Assembly (NCBI GenBank): GCA_035603655.1
Contig: DATNKA010001157.1
Location: 1-45,675, forward strand
DNA length: 45,675 bases
Source of the DNA: Candidatus Acidiferrales bacterium
GTDB taxonomy: Bacteria > Acidobacteriota > Terriglobia > Terriglobales > Acidobacteriaceae
Direction: 5' to 3'
Shown: in pieces, positions 38,148-45,675 of the stretch
How the letters are laid out: each line of letters begins with the position of its first letter
How positions within the stretch are numbered: position 1 is the first letter of the stretch
The notes under the pieces: generated by a model
The model's database searches: none
What the model saw: only the letters and a program-made list of their open reading frames with translations
Told to the model about the DNA's origin: nothing
Translations under genes and position numbers: made by a program

Positions 38148-38326
38148 GGATAGATATCGATGACTCTAACACCAGATTGCACCGGCCCCGGCGTTATGAG
38201 ATCAGACCTGGGAGGTCAGGCCTTGGATTAGATCGCAAGCTCAGTTTGTCATCTGAAAGGGAAGAGTTGGTGGTGTACACTGGCGCCGTTTTTAGATTGT
38301 TCGATTCCTTATCGAGGCCGGATGAT

Positions 38327-38659
38327 ATGGTGAAACAATTCCGAGTTCTCTTGGCTGCCGGATGTCTTACTGTTCTGTTGGCGCCCTTCGCAGACAGTCA
38401 GGACAGCAAGAAGAAGGTGAATGACGAAAGCGATCTGCCCCGGTTCACCTACCCCATGTCCAGTCGCGCATCCGAATTGTTGCAAGCCGATGTAACGACC
38501 TTCAATGCGTTCGCGGCTAAGGTACGAACTGATCTGGAAACCATCCTGCGCGATTACGAAGTCGCGGACAAAGCCACGGTGCGGTCGTTGTTGGCCGCAA
38601 AGTTGAATCTCCAGCTCCTCGATGGCGAGCCCGGCCGGCTCTGGAAACGGCGAAGATGA
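38327..38659 (+). CDS. Signal-peptide-bearing N-terminal fragment, probably the 5-prime part of the following S8 peptidase gene
   Basis: MVKQFRVLLAAGCLTVLLAPFADSQD signal. The ORF ends in ...LLDGEPGRLWKRRR*, overlapping the next ATG (ATGA at 38656-38659). Confidence 0.55.
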   Translation: MVKQFRVLLAAGCLTVLLAPFADSQDSKKKVNDESDLPRFTYPMSSRASELLQADVTTFNAFAAKVRTDLETILRDYEVADKATVRSLLAAKLNLQLLDGEPGRLWKRRR

Positions 38660-40176
38660 TTCGCGGGCTGGAAGAAAAACCTTCACCGCGGCTCACCACA
38701 GGCCTCTACGCCCAGTCCTTGCTGGAGGCCGAGATCGAGGCAAAGAGCAGCAGCGGTTCCGAGTTCGAGCAAGACTTCGCCAAGCATTACCAGAAAGCGG
38801 TAGAAGCTCTGCCGTGGGATGTGGTGCAGGACTGGGCAAAATCGAGCCGCGGCGGAGCCCAGTTACTTTCGAAAGCCGGCATTGTCGGGTCTGTGAAAAC
38901 CGACATTGATCCGGCGGTGGAGAAATCTGGAGTATTGGACAATCAGCAGGCGTGGGAGTTAGTTGGGGACCGAGTGGAATTGCAATTTGGTGTGCCGTTG
39001 AAGGCGGTGCGCGCGGAAATTCTCGGGAAATACATTGCGGCGCACAATGTTGTGAAGCCCGATATCTGGGCGGCGCGCGAGATGACGCTGAAGGCTGGGG
39101 ATAAGCTTACGCCGGTTTTGATTGGAATCTGGGATTCAGGGGTCGACGTATCGATATTCGGAGACCAGGTGTTCACCGATTCGCATCCCACGGTCAGTGG
39201 AGCGCATGGACTGGCTTACACCGACGACGGGAATCCATCTCCATCGTGGCTTTTTCCGCTCACTGCGGCACAGCAGCAGGCGTATCCAGGCTTTCTTTCA
39301 CAACTCAAAGGCTTTGTCGATCTGCAGAACGGCGTTGATTCGCCCGAGGCGAGCGCACTTCGCCTGAAGTTCAGCACGTCCACTTCAGACCAAATTAACC
39401 AGATGTTGGAACTGTTTAAAGTTCTCATTCACTATGTTCACGGAACTCACGTGGCCGGAATCGCAGTGCGGGGAGATCCCGCGGCCCGGCTTGTCGTGGC
39501 GCGATTTAATGATCAGCTGCCGGACCTGTCTTTCCAGCCAACGGCAGAATGGGCACGGAAAATGGGGGCGGACTTCCTCCAGATGTCAGATTATTTTCGA
39601 ACTCGCAATGTAAGAGTTGTGAACATGAGTTGGTCCGACGATCCCTCAGAGTTTGAAACATGGCTCTCGAAAACCGGTGCAGGGGCAGACCCAGCAGAAC
39701 GGAAGCGGCGGGCTCTTGAACTCTTCCAGATCTGGCATGATGCAGTTGAGACGGCCATCAAGAGCGCCCCGAATACTTTGTTTGTTTGTGCCGCGGGCAA
39801 TAGCGACAGCAATGCGGGATTCGAGAAGGACGTACCGGCTTCTTTGCATTTGCCTAACCTAATTGCAGTAGGCGCAGTCAATCAGGCAGGGGACGAAACT
39901 TCGTTCACCAGTTACGGCGATACTGTTGTCGTGGATGCCGATGGCTACAACGTTGAGAGTTATGTTCCCCGTGGTACGAGGCTCCAGCTGTCGGGAACTT
40001 CCATGGCGTCGCCGAATGTTGTCAACCTGGCAGCGAAATTATTCGCTCTCGATCCTTCGCTCACTCCCACGCAAGTTGTCGATCTGATCAAGCGTGGTAC
40101 AACCGCCACCGAGGATGAACGGCGTCACTTGATCGATGAGAAGCGCTCCATCGCACTGATGCATGATGCGAAGTGA
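38656..40176 (+). CDS. S8 family (subtilisin-like) serine peptidase, catalytic part
   Basis: Catalytic triad blocks IGIWDSGVD, HGTHVAGIA and GTSMASPNVVNLAAKL. This ORF has no signal peptide of its own. Confidence 0.85.
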   Translation: MIRGLEEKPSPRLTTGLYAQSLLEAEIEAKSSSGSEFEQDFAKHYQKAVEALPWDVVQDWAKSSRGGAQLLSKAGIVGSVKTDIDPAVEKSGVLDNQQAWELVGDRVELQFGVPLKAVRAEILGKYIAAHNVVKPDIWAAREMTLKAGDKLTPVLIGIWDSGVDVSIFGDQVFTDSHPTVSGAHGLAYTDDGNPSPSWLFPLTAAQQQAYPGFLSQLKGFVDLQNGVDSPEASALRLKFSTSTSDQINQMLELFKVLIHYVHGTHVAGIAVRGDPAARLVVARFNDQLPDLSFQPTAEWARKMGADFLQMSDYFRTRNVRVVNMSWSDDPSEFETWLSKTGAGADPAERKRRALELFQIWHDAVETAIKSAPNTLFVCAAGNSDSNAGFEKDVPASLHLPNLIAVGAVNQAGDETSFTSYGDTVVVDADGYNVESYVPRGTRLQLSGTSMASPNVVNLAAKLFALDPSLTPTQVVDLIKRGTTATEDERRHLIDEKRSIALMHDAK

Positions 40177-40497
40177 TCACCGAAGTGATTACCAAGGTAT
40201 GCGATGGGGAGGGCGTTAGACGAGAATTAGAGCGGCAGGCTAGGATGACTGCTCCGCGCCTGATTCTGCGGCTTTGCATTCTGACATTTTCTTTATCTCT
40301 GAACGAAGTTCTCGCGCTTATTGGGGGTGTCGGAGGCTGGCATCGTCAGGCGCAGGATCTCATCATCGAGAACTTTGAGACGAGCCCGTAATGCCTCTAC
40401 GAACATTGTCGAACCTTCTGCTCGAAACCATGTCTGAACGGAGGAGCTTCGGCTGCCTGCACTTGCGCAATGGTCGAGGCGGCTGTCGGCATACGAA

Positions 40498-42273
40498 TTA
40501 TCGGGTCGAGCCTAAGCGGAGGAGTTCGGCGCGCAGGCGCGGGTGATGCTGAGTATGACGGAGGTAGGGCATTTCGTTGAGCGCGGACTTGGCGCGGATA
40601 ATTTTGATCAGCTGATCCTTTTCGGCTGGTGTCCAACTAGAGAGATCGGGAATTTGCGCCAAAATCAACGACCAGTTTTCTAAGGACTGCAGTTGGGTTC
40701 GACCCCAGCGGGACGCGTTAATTCCTAGGGCGCGGATTGTGGTGTGAGTGCAGGCTTTTTGGATTTCTTGGCTGTCGCCGTTGAAATCGCGCGACATGCG
40801 ACGATTGATAAATAAGCCGAGATTGTAGGTGGAGAAGGTGTCCCAGGGGCCCTCGCTGGCGAAAGCCGGAGAGATTTCAGCCGACGGGCGAATGTCATAA
40901 AACATGTGCGCTTCCGCCAGGCGTCTAAGAATTCGCGCGGGTGTTTTGTAGTGCCGGTTGGCGGCGATTTTCTTTTCTTCCCGCTCGCACAACCTCCGGA
41001 GATCTGCGCGTCCAGAGCGGAATCCTAACTTGCGGTAGAACCAGAAGGCGCCCGAATCGATGGCTTCATCGTTGTTCTGCCCGATCTGATAGGGATAAAT
41101 CGAAATACATTTCGCGGCCGTGAGAGCCTGGAGGCAGCGAAGGGCTTGAGCGTAGATCCAGGCGGTCTCGCCCTGGCGATAGGTGTAGAAAGTGTTGAAG
41201 CCAATTTCAATCCAGTCGCAGAGGCCGATGGCCTCAATGTAGTTGATGGGAACGCCGTTTTTTAGGGTGTAGCCGGCAATGTAGGCGCGGAGCGGGAGAC
41301 GGCGACTCGCCGGCAGTCCCCAGAAATGCATGACGACGCCACGCCCTAGCTCAGCACGGACGACGGACTGCGGATCGCCAAGCGTAGTACCGTACAGCTC
41401 GCGGTAGCGAACAGCCATGACTTCGCGAACGGCGTTCATGACGGATTCTCCGGCGGCATCGGAAAGTTTTTCGAACTTGGGCGCGGGCTGGGCCAGTTCA
41501 TGGGAGAGCGAGACTTCGCTGCGCTGGATGAGCGACCCGGAATGGAAGTAAAAGCGGCGGGGACGGATCCAGTTGCGAGTACGGGAAAGCTTTAGGTTTT
41601 CAAGTCTCCAGCGAACGGGGAGATGAAGTGAGTCGTAGAGTTCGGCGCGTTGGCGATCAGGGAGCGGGAGTTGCGCGAAGCGCTGGATGAGCCAGAGCAG
41701 AGCATGCTTCCGGCCGCGGGCGGAATCCAGCCAACTTCTCCACCGGATGTTGGCTTCAACCTCGGAATCTTCTTCTAGGAGCGGGATGAAACGCGGCCAG
41801 ATCGAGCCGCGAGCGCGCTCGGATTGATCGTCGTCCCAGTAATCCTCCCAGGCGACATCGACATTGCGAGGAATGCGGCGCACCAGCCACTGGGCGACGT
41901 CGAAGGAAAGCGTATCCTGCATGGTAGTGTCGGCGAGGCCGGAAGTATCGAAGTCGTCGAATGCGGACATGTTTGCGTGGCAGGCGCGAAGTTTGCTGAC
42001 GCGCTGATGGAAGGCGTTGAGGAGTCTCTCGACGCGCGACACCAGAGACGGCGCGTGCGGGAAAGCGCGGAGGAAAAGCAAGCACTCGTGAAAGCGAATC
42101 AGCTGTTGCGGGTCTGTGAATTCGAGCCTCGAAAGCTGACTGAGGACTTTATTGATAACCGCAGCGCTCCCGGAGTCGAAGCGACTCTTAACGGCTTCGA
42201 GTTGCGTGAGGATTTCGTCTGAGTTGTCAGGAGCACGCGGCATGGGTGGCGCAATAGTGTACCCCATGCGCAC
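40498..42273 (-). CDS. Large uncharacterised protein (about 580-591 aa) with a GNAT-like segment
   Basis: Long uninterrupted ORF. The central-C-terminal block GYTLKNGVPINYIEAIGLCDWIEIGFNTFYTYRQGETAWIYAQALRCL...NNDEAIDSGAFWFYRKLGFR resembles the acetyl-CoA-binding core and FY-KLGF motif of GNAT folds. The rest is unrecognised. Start ambiguous (GTG 42273, ATG 42267 or 42243). Confidence 0.7.
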   Translation of the reverse strand: MRMGYTIAPPMPRAPDNSDEILTQLEAVKSRFDSGSAAVINKVLSQLSRLEFTDPQQLIRFHECLLFLRAFPHAPSLVSRVERLLNAFHQRVSKLRACHANMSAFDDFDTSGLADTTMQDTLSFDVAQWLVRRIPRNVDVAWEDYWDDDQSERARGSIWPRFIPLLEEDSEVEANIRWRSWLDSARGRKHALLWLIQRFAQLPLPDRQRAELYDSLHLPVRWRLENLKLSRTRNWIRPRRFYFHSGSLIQRSEVSLSHELAQPAPKFEKLSDAAGESVMNAVREVMAVRYRELYGTTLGDPQSVVRAELGRGVVMHFWGLPASRRLPLRAYIAGYTLKNGVPINYIEAIGLCDWIEIGFNTFYTYRQGETAWIYAQALRCLQALTAAKCISIYPYQIGQNNDEAIDSGAFWFYRKLGFRSGRADLRRLCEREEKKIAANRHYKTPARILRRLAEAHMFYDIRPSAEISPAFASEGPWDTFSTYNLGLFINRRMSRDFNGDSQEIQKACTHTTIRALGINASRWGRTQLQSLENWSLILAQIPDLSSWTPAEKDQLIKIIRAKSALNEMPYLRHTQHHPRLRAELLRLGSTR

Positions 42274-42335
42274 CCGATGAAGCTGATGATGTCGTCACTC
42301 CAGGATAACTTCAAGATCCGGAACAAGGTCGACGT

Positions 42336-43133
42336 CTATTTCAGGCCGAGGCCGCCATTGAAGTGCTGGATAACTCCATAGCACTCGCAAGCCACGGCTT
42401 CCAGGCTCTTGCGATTCAATATCTTAACGGTACCGCGCAGGTTCTCTATCAGCCCGGCGTCTTCAAGGACCCCGGCGGCCAAGCTGACGCTGGGGCGTCC
42501 CGTACCGAGCATCTGAGCGAGGAAGTCGTGCGTTAAAGGAAGCAACTGGGAGTCGAATCGATCCTGACACATCAGCAGCCAGCGGGCGAGGCGCTGGTCA
42601 ATTCCATGCAGCCGATTACAAGCGGCGAGCTGGGCGACCTGCATCCCGTGCATCAGGCCGAAGTGCCCTAATTTCGAGCGCAGTGCCGGAGCCGACAGCA
42701 GAATGTCCTGGAACACTTCCGCCCGTATGCGCATACCGCTTCCCGCCATTTGCATGATCGCCCGGAAGATTTCCCGGTTCAGGCCCGCCGTCAGCGACAT
42801 ACCGACCATGCCTTCCTTGCCGACGATCCCCACCTCAACACTTCTGCCGTCATGGCTGAGAGCGACCAAGGAGGCCATGCCATCGTTAAGAAAGTAAGCA
42901 AAATCGATTCTCTCTCCGGGCTCCAGCATGATTCTGTGCTGCGGCAGGTCGGTTGGCTCCAGGTGGGGCCGAAGCACGTTGTACTCCTTATCGGGGAGTG
43001 ACAACAGAATGAGATTGTTCACGGCTTTTCCGGCGGCGTCGGAGCGAGAGCCGGGACGCAGTGAAAGCAATCTGTCAGGCTTTGTCGCTCGCTTAACGAT
43101 GATCTGTCCTTCCGCTAAGGCGTCCATTTCCAT
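42336..43133 (-). CDS. Crp/Fnr family transcriptional regulator
   Basis: cNMP-binding-like N-terminal half (LLSLPDKEYNVLRPHLEPTDLPQHRIMLEPGERIDFAYFLNDGMASLV) and C-terminal HTH (LTHDFLAQMLGTGRPSVSLAAGVLEDAGLI). ATG at 43133 preferred over the ORF track start at 43199. Confidence 0.85.
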   Translation of the reverse strand: MEMDALAEGQIIVKRATKPDRLLSLRPGSRSDAAGKAVNNLILLSLPDKEYNVLRPHLEPTDLPQHRIMLEPGERIDFAYFLNDGMASLVALSHDGRSVEVGIVGKEGMVGMSLTAGLNREIFRAIMQMAGSGMRIRAEVFQDILLSAPALRSKLGHFGLMHGMQVAQLAACNRLHGIDQRLARWLLMCQDRFDSQLLPLTHDFLAQMLGTGRPSVSLAAGVLEDAGLIENLRGTVKILNRKSLEAVACECYGVIQHFNGGLGLK

Positions 43134-43330
43134 GATTGTTGGATGCCCCCGACGGCCTCCCGCTGTTTCCGGAAGGCTGTAGCTCGGCCAGCATCTCAAT
43201 GGAAATGCGAAGGAATCTCAAGGTAGAAGGTAGGGAGAAAATTCCTAGCATTTTCCCACCGGGATGAGGCATCATCCGATGTTGTTTTTGCAACAATACC
43301 AACGACACTTAAGCGTGTAGGCGCACGAGA

Positions 43331-43495
43331 CTATTCGTCCTTTCGATCAATGGGCTCATTCTTCTGCAGCCGCCCGTCTTTGGCAGACAAGAGGCCGTTC
43401 AGCTCTTGGACAAGTTTCAGAAATGTTGGCCGATCCTGCTCGACCGCGATTTGGGAACAAAGCTCCTGAATGCGGTCACTATCAGACTGATTCAT
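43331..43495 (-). CDS. Unannotated small ORF (54 aa), hydrophilic helical protein
   Basis: Below the ORF-track size cutoff. Hand translation gives MNQSDSDRIQELCSQIAVEQDRPTFLKLVQELNGLLSAKDGRLQKNEPIDRKDE*. Confidence 0.4.
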   Translation of the reverse strand: MNQSDSDRIQELCSQIAVEQDRPTFLKLVQELNGLLSAKDGRLQKNEPIDRKDE

Positions 43496-43697
43496 ATGCG
43501 AAGCGGAAGTATTACAGTATTCGCCGTATTAGGTATGTTCGATGTCGAACGCTGCGGAGTGTAAGCCAGGGGGTGCCCAAGAACTGTGAAATTGCTGGTG
43601 GACCGCTGCGGTTCGAGCGCAGTTTAGGGCGGGGCGTGTAGTGATTTCCCCCGTCGAGACAATAAGCCGGCGCTGCTCAGGGATCATCGGCTGGTGC

Positions 43698-44414
43698 CTA
43701 TGAGAACCATCCGAAGAACGCCGCCGTCACCCCGAACGTGTCGATGAATCCGTGAGCCAGAATGCAGACCCAGAGGTTGCGCCCCGATAAGACATACGCG
43801 GCGCCAAGGATCAACCCGGCCATGCCTGAGTCCACTATTCCCGACGGACCTTTGTAGTAGTGTCCGTATCCGAAGAGCACGGACACGATCAAGACGGCGA
43901 CCCAATCGGCGGCCTTTGACCCGCCACCTGCCTCTGCGGCGCGCGTGAGCAGGTAGCCGCGGTAGCCGATCTCTTCTCCGAAGGCGGCGAAGGTCCAGAC
44001 GAGCAGGAGCCAACGGAGTGCCACCAACGCATTGCCCGTAATCTGCTCGGAGCCGCTAGGCGCGACTGCCGGCGGCCAGAAATGAGCCGTGAGGGGATCA
44101 ATGACCAGTGCGCCGAGGATGATTCTCAGGGCAGCCGCGGCAAACGCGTACAAGACGGTCCGGCGCCAGGAGGCCGGCCAATGCACGCCCATCACGGACC
44201 ATCCGCCGTCGCGCAGGCGAAGCGAAATCAGACCGATTACAAAAAGGATGGGAACCTCGTTGGGAATTACGTGATAGACATTATGGCCAATTACGATCAC
44301 GCTTCCCAATACCAGTTCGGCCAGCGAGAACCAGCGCTTTGCGGCAGACAGCTGTGGAACGGAATCAGTTTCGCCGAGCCCAGACCTGTCGCCGTGATTG
44401 ATCGATTGGGTCAA
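43698..44414 (-). CDS. CPBP family intramembrane glutamic endopeptidase (CAAX protease/Abi family)
   Basis: Motif 1 FGEEIGYRGYL (EExxxR), motif 2 VLFGYGHYY (FxxxH), motif 3 ILAHGFIDT (HxxxD/N). Multi-pass membrane protein with a TTG start. Confidence 0.85.
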   Translation of the reverse strand: MTQSINHGDRSGLGETDSVPQLSAAKRWFSLAELVLGSVIVIGHNVYHVIPNEVPILFVIGLISLRLRDGGWSVMGVHWPASWRRTVLYAFAAAALRIILGALVIDPLTAHFWPPAVAPSGSEQITGNALVALRWLLLVWTFAAFGEEIGYRGYLLTRAAEAGGGSKAADWVAVLIVSVLFGYGHYYKGPSGIVDSGMAGLILGAAYVLSGRNLWVCILAHGFIDTFGVTAAFFGWFS

Positions 44415-44446
44415 GTTTGTTTCTCCTTCAGAATGGGTTCAACAGG

Positions 44447-45064
44447 TCAGCCTCTGGGCAATGCGAGCGACTTTCGGTATTGCCGGGCGCACCAGAGAGC
44501 AAATCGCGTGGTCAACATCACCAGCCCGCAACCCACGATCAGCCCCGCTGGCACGATCCACCAGCCCAGGGCATCTCTGCCACCGAGAGGTGGACTCCCA
44601 AACCCAAGTCGAAGCGAGATCCCAGTGTCGCCGCCATTGGTGAAGACCCACAATCCAGCGGTTTGCGGGTGAACTATTTTCAACACAGCGCACCACATGA
44701 AAGTGCCCCCGAGGAAATACCCCACGATGGAGGTGAGCAGCACAAGAAAACCGGCAATACTCAAGCTGGCCCAGCGGAACAAACTTTCCAGTATCCGTAC
44801 GGGGGATCTGCTGACCTCCGCCCGCGCCAGCAAGGCGTCGGTGGTGTACTGACTGGCCAGATCTTCTGGGCTACCGAGCCTCGCCAGTGCGGTGTCGACT
44901 CCAGCGGCAGTGACTTGTCCGCCCTCGGCCGCCTTCTCCGTGATGTGGCTGCGCAGTTCTTCGACGATCTCGCGCGCGTCCGCGGCGTTCATGCCGCACA
45001 GGAGTTGGCGCAACCTGCCCAGATATGCTTCGATCTTGTGCTGCGCATCGCCTGCCCTGGTCAT
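44447..45064 (-). CDS. HAAS/DUF1700-type membrane signalling protein (PadR-associated)
   Basis: HKIEAYLGRLRQLLCGMNAADAREIVEELRSHITEKAAEG...LGSPEDLASQY is the DUF1700/HAAS helical head, followed by TM segments. The ATG directly abuts the PadR stop (TAAATG). Confidence 0.75.
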   Translation of the reverse strand: MTRAGDAQHKIEAYLGRLRQLLCGMNAADAREIVEELRSHITEKAAEGGQVTAAGVDTALARLGSPEDLASQYTTDALLARAEVSRSPVRILESLFRWASLSIAGFLVLLTSIVGYFLGGTFMWCAVLKIVHPQTAGLWVFTNGGDTGISLRLGFGSPPLGGRDALGWWIVPAGLIVGCGLVMLTTRFALWCARQYRKSLALPRG

Positions 45065-45436
45065 TTATTTCTCCTTGGAGAGGGGAGCGAGCAAACGGCT
45101 CATGCTCGACGAGAATCGCCACCACATCCCAGCCATCTGGCGACCGCGCTGTTTTCCGGCCGGAGTAAGCGTGTAGTATTTGCGCGGATGTCCAGCATCC
45201 GATTCCACCCACTCACTTCGCACCAGGCCCAACACTTTCAACCGGCTGAGTAGCGGATACACGGTTCCCTCCGAAACGATCAAGTCGGAATCGGTCTCCA
45301 ATCGCCGCAGAATTTCGAGGCCATAGAGCTTTCCGTCCCATAAGGCAGCCAGGATGGCCAACTCCAGACATCCTTTGCGGAGTTGGATTTCCCACTTGTC
45401 TATGGCCTCCTGATCGCTCGGGTCTCGCTCCTTCAT
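45065..45436 (-). CDS. PadR family transcriptional regulator
   Basis: LRKGCLELAILAALWDGKLYGLEILRRLE...SEGTVYPLLSRLKVLGLVRSEWVESDAGHPRKYYTLTPAG, a canonical PadR winged helix. GAGGA SD. Confidence 0.9.
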   Translation of the reverse strand: MKERDPSDQEAIDKWEIQLRKGCLELAILAALWDGKLYGLEILRRLETDSDLIVSEGTVYPLLSRLKVLGLVRSEWVESDAGHPRKYYTLTPAGKQRGRQMAGMWWRFSSSMSRLLAPLSKEK

Positions 45437-45442
45437 TCCTCA

Positions 45443-45463
45443 ATACCTTGTACTACAAGGTAT
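45443..45463. promoter_or_regulatory. Perfect palindrome ATACCTTGTA-C-TACAAGGTAT immediately upstream of padR, candidate PadR operator overlapping the promoter
   Basis: 10-1-10 perfect inverted repeat, 7 nt upstream of the padR ATG. A TTGACA hexamer (minus strand, 45469-45474) lies 5 nt further upstream, so the palindrome covers the spacer and -10 region. Confidence 0.55.
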
Positions 45464-45539
45464 CATGTTGTCAAGACCAAAGGAGAGCTCATTTTGAACG
45501 CCAGTTAGTTTCTATTGGCGGCCAGCGTTTGCGGAATTA

Positions 45540-45675
45540 TTAAACGTAGCCTTTCTTCTTCCAGACCGCCCAATCGGAGCGCACAGCTTCGAGCATGGCT
45601 TCAGCGCCATGGTGCAGCCACTTTCCTTTTTGGTTGTCGATATGGCGCAGAACTGCTTTGCGGGCAGAGGTAGTG
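45540..45675 (-). CDS. C-terminal end of an unidentified protein; N-terminus lies beyond the right edge
   Basis: Hand translation of the minus strand gives ...TTSARKAVLRHIDNQKGKWLHHGAEAMLEAVRSDWAVWKKKGYV* with the stop at 45540-45542. Family not recognised. Confidence 0.4.
   Translation of the reverse strand, partial: TTSARKAVLRHIDNQKGKWLHHGAEAMLEAVRSDWAVWKKKGYV

Noticed and set aside
40173-40391. 72-aa plus-strand ORF in the convergent gap after the S8 peptidase
   Set aside because: It has no SD or motifs and its start overlaps the peptidase stop. The composition is unconvincing.
44417-45253. 278-aa plus-strand ORF
   Set aside because: Antisense to the HAAS and PadR genes, with Pro/Arg/Ser/Gln-rich shadow composition.

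Overview
GC-rich chromosomal segment that looks acidobacterial. This is inference only, from an ADOP-type duplicated orphan permease, a CarboxypepD_reg-type TonB-dependent receptor, a YXWGXW repeat protein and typical intergenic repeat motifs. I can support about 45 protein-coding genes, one intact tRNA-Arg(CCG), two extra copies of the 3-prime half of that tRNA, several structured intergenic repeats and two candidate operator palindromes. There is no rRNA, CRISPR array, transposase or integrase. Layout: (1) 1-7250, housekeeping-type genes (YyaL-like thioredoxin-domain protein, M20 peptidase, alpha/beta hydrolase, MOFRL glycerate kinase, secreted TonB_C protein, zinc-ribbon/His-rich/SnoaL fusion, HAD hydrolase). 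(2) 7364-13812, a tRNA-Arg locus with two partial tRNA direct repeats bounding two small accessory segments that look like decayed integrative islands (Cys-rich mini-protein, YXWGXW protein; PilZ protein, truncated phage-type P63C gene, orphan ADOP permease). (3) 13997-16885, RRM/RGG RNA-binding protein and typA with two translationally coupled small genes. (4) 17080-35176, an ~18 kb divergent locus I read as polyamine / omega-amino-acid uptake and catabolism (MerR+XRE+cupin regulator, PotABCD-like importer, TonB-dependent receptor, three class-III aminotransferases, APC permease, two aldehyde dehydrogenases), with structured repeats in its intergenic gaps. (5) 35299-40176, assorted small genes and an S8 peptidase split by an apparent 1-nt frameshift. 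(6) 40498-45436, a co-directional minus-strand block: uncharacterised 591-aa protein with a GNAT-like segment, Crp/Fnr regulator, unannotated 54-aa ORF, and a PadR-HAAS-CPBP protease operon preceded by a perfect 10-1-10 palindrome. The best candidates for undescribed biology are the tRNA-Arg tandem island remnants, the TonB-receptor-linked polyamine locus with its three-domain regulator and operon-internal repeats, the 591-aa orphan with Crp, and the PadR-HAAS-CPBP module. All functional calls rest on motif recognition by eye; no database search was possible.
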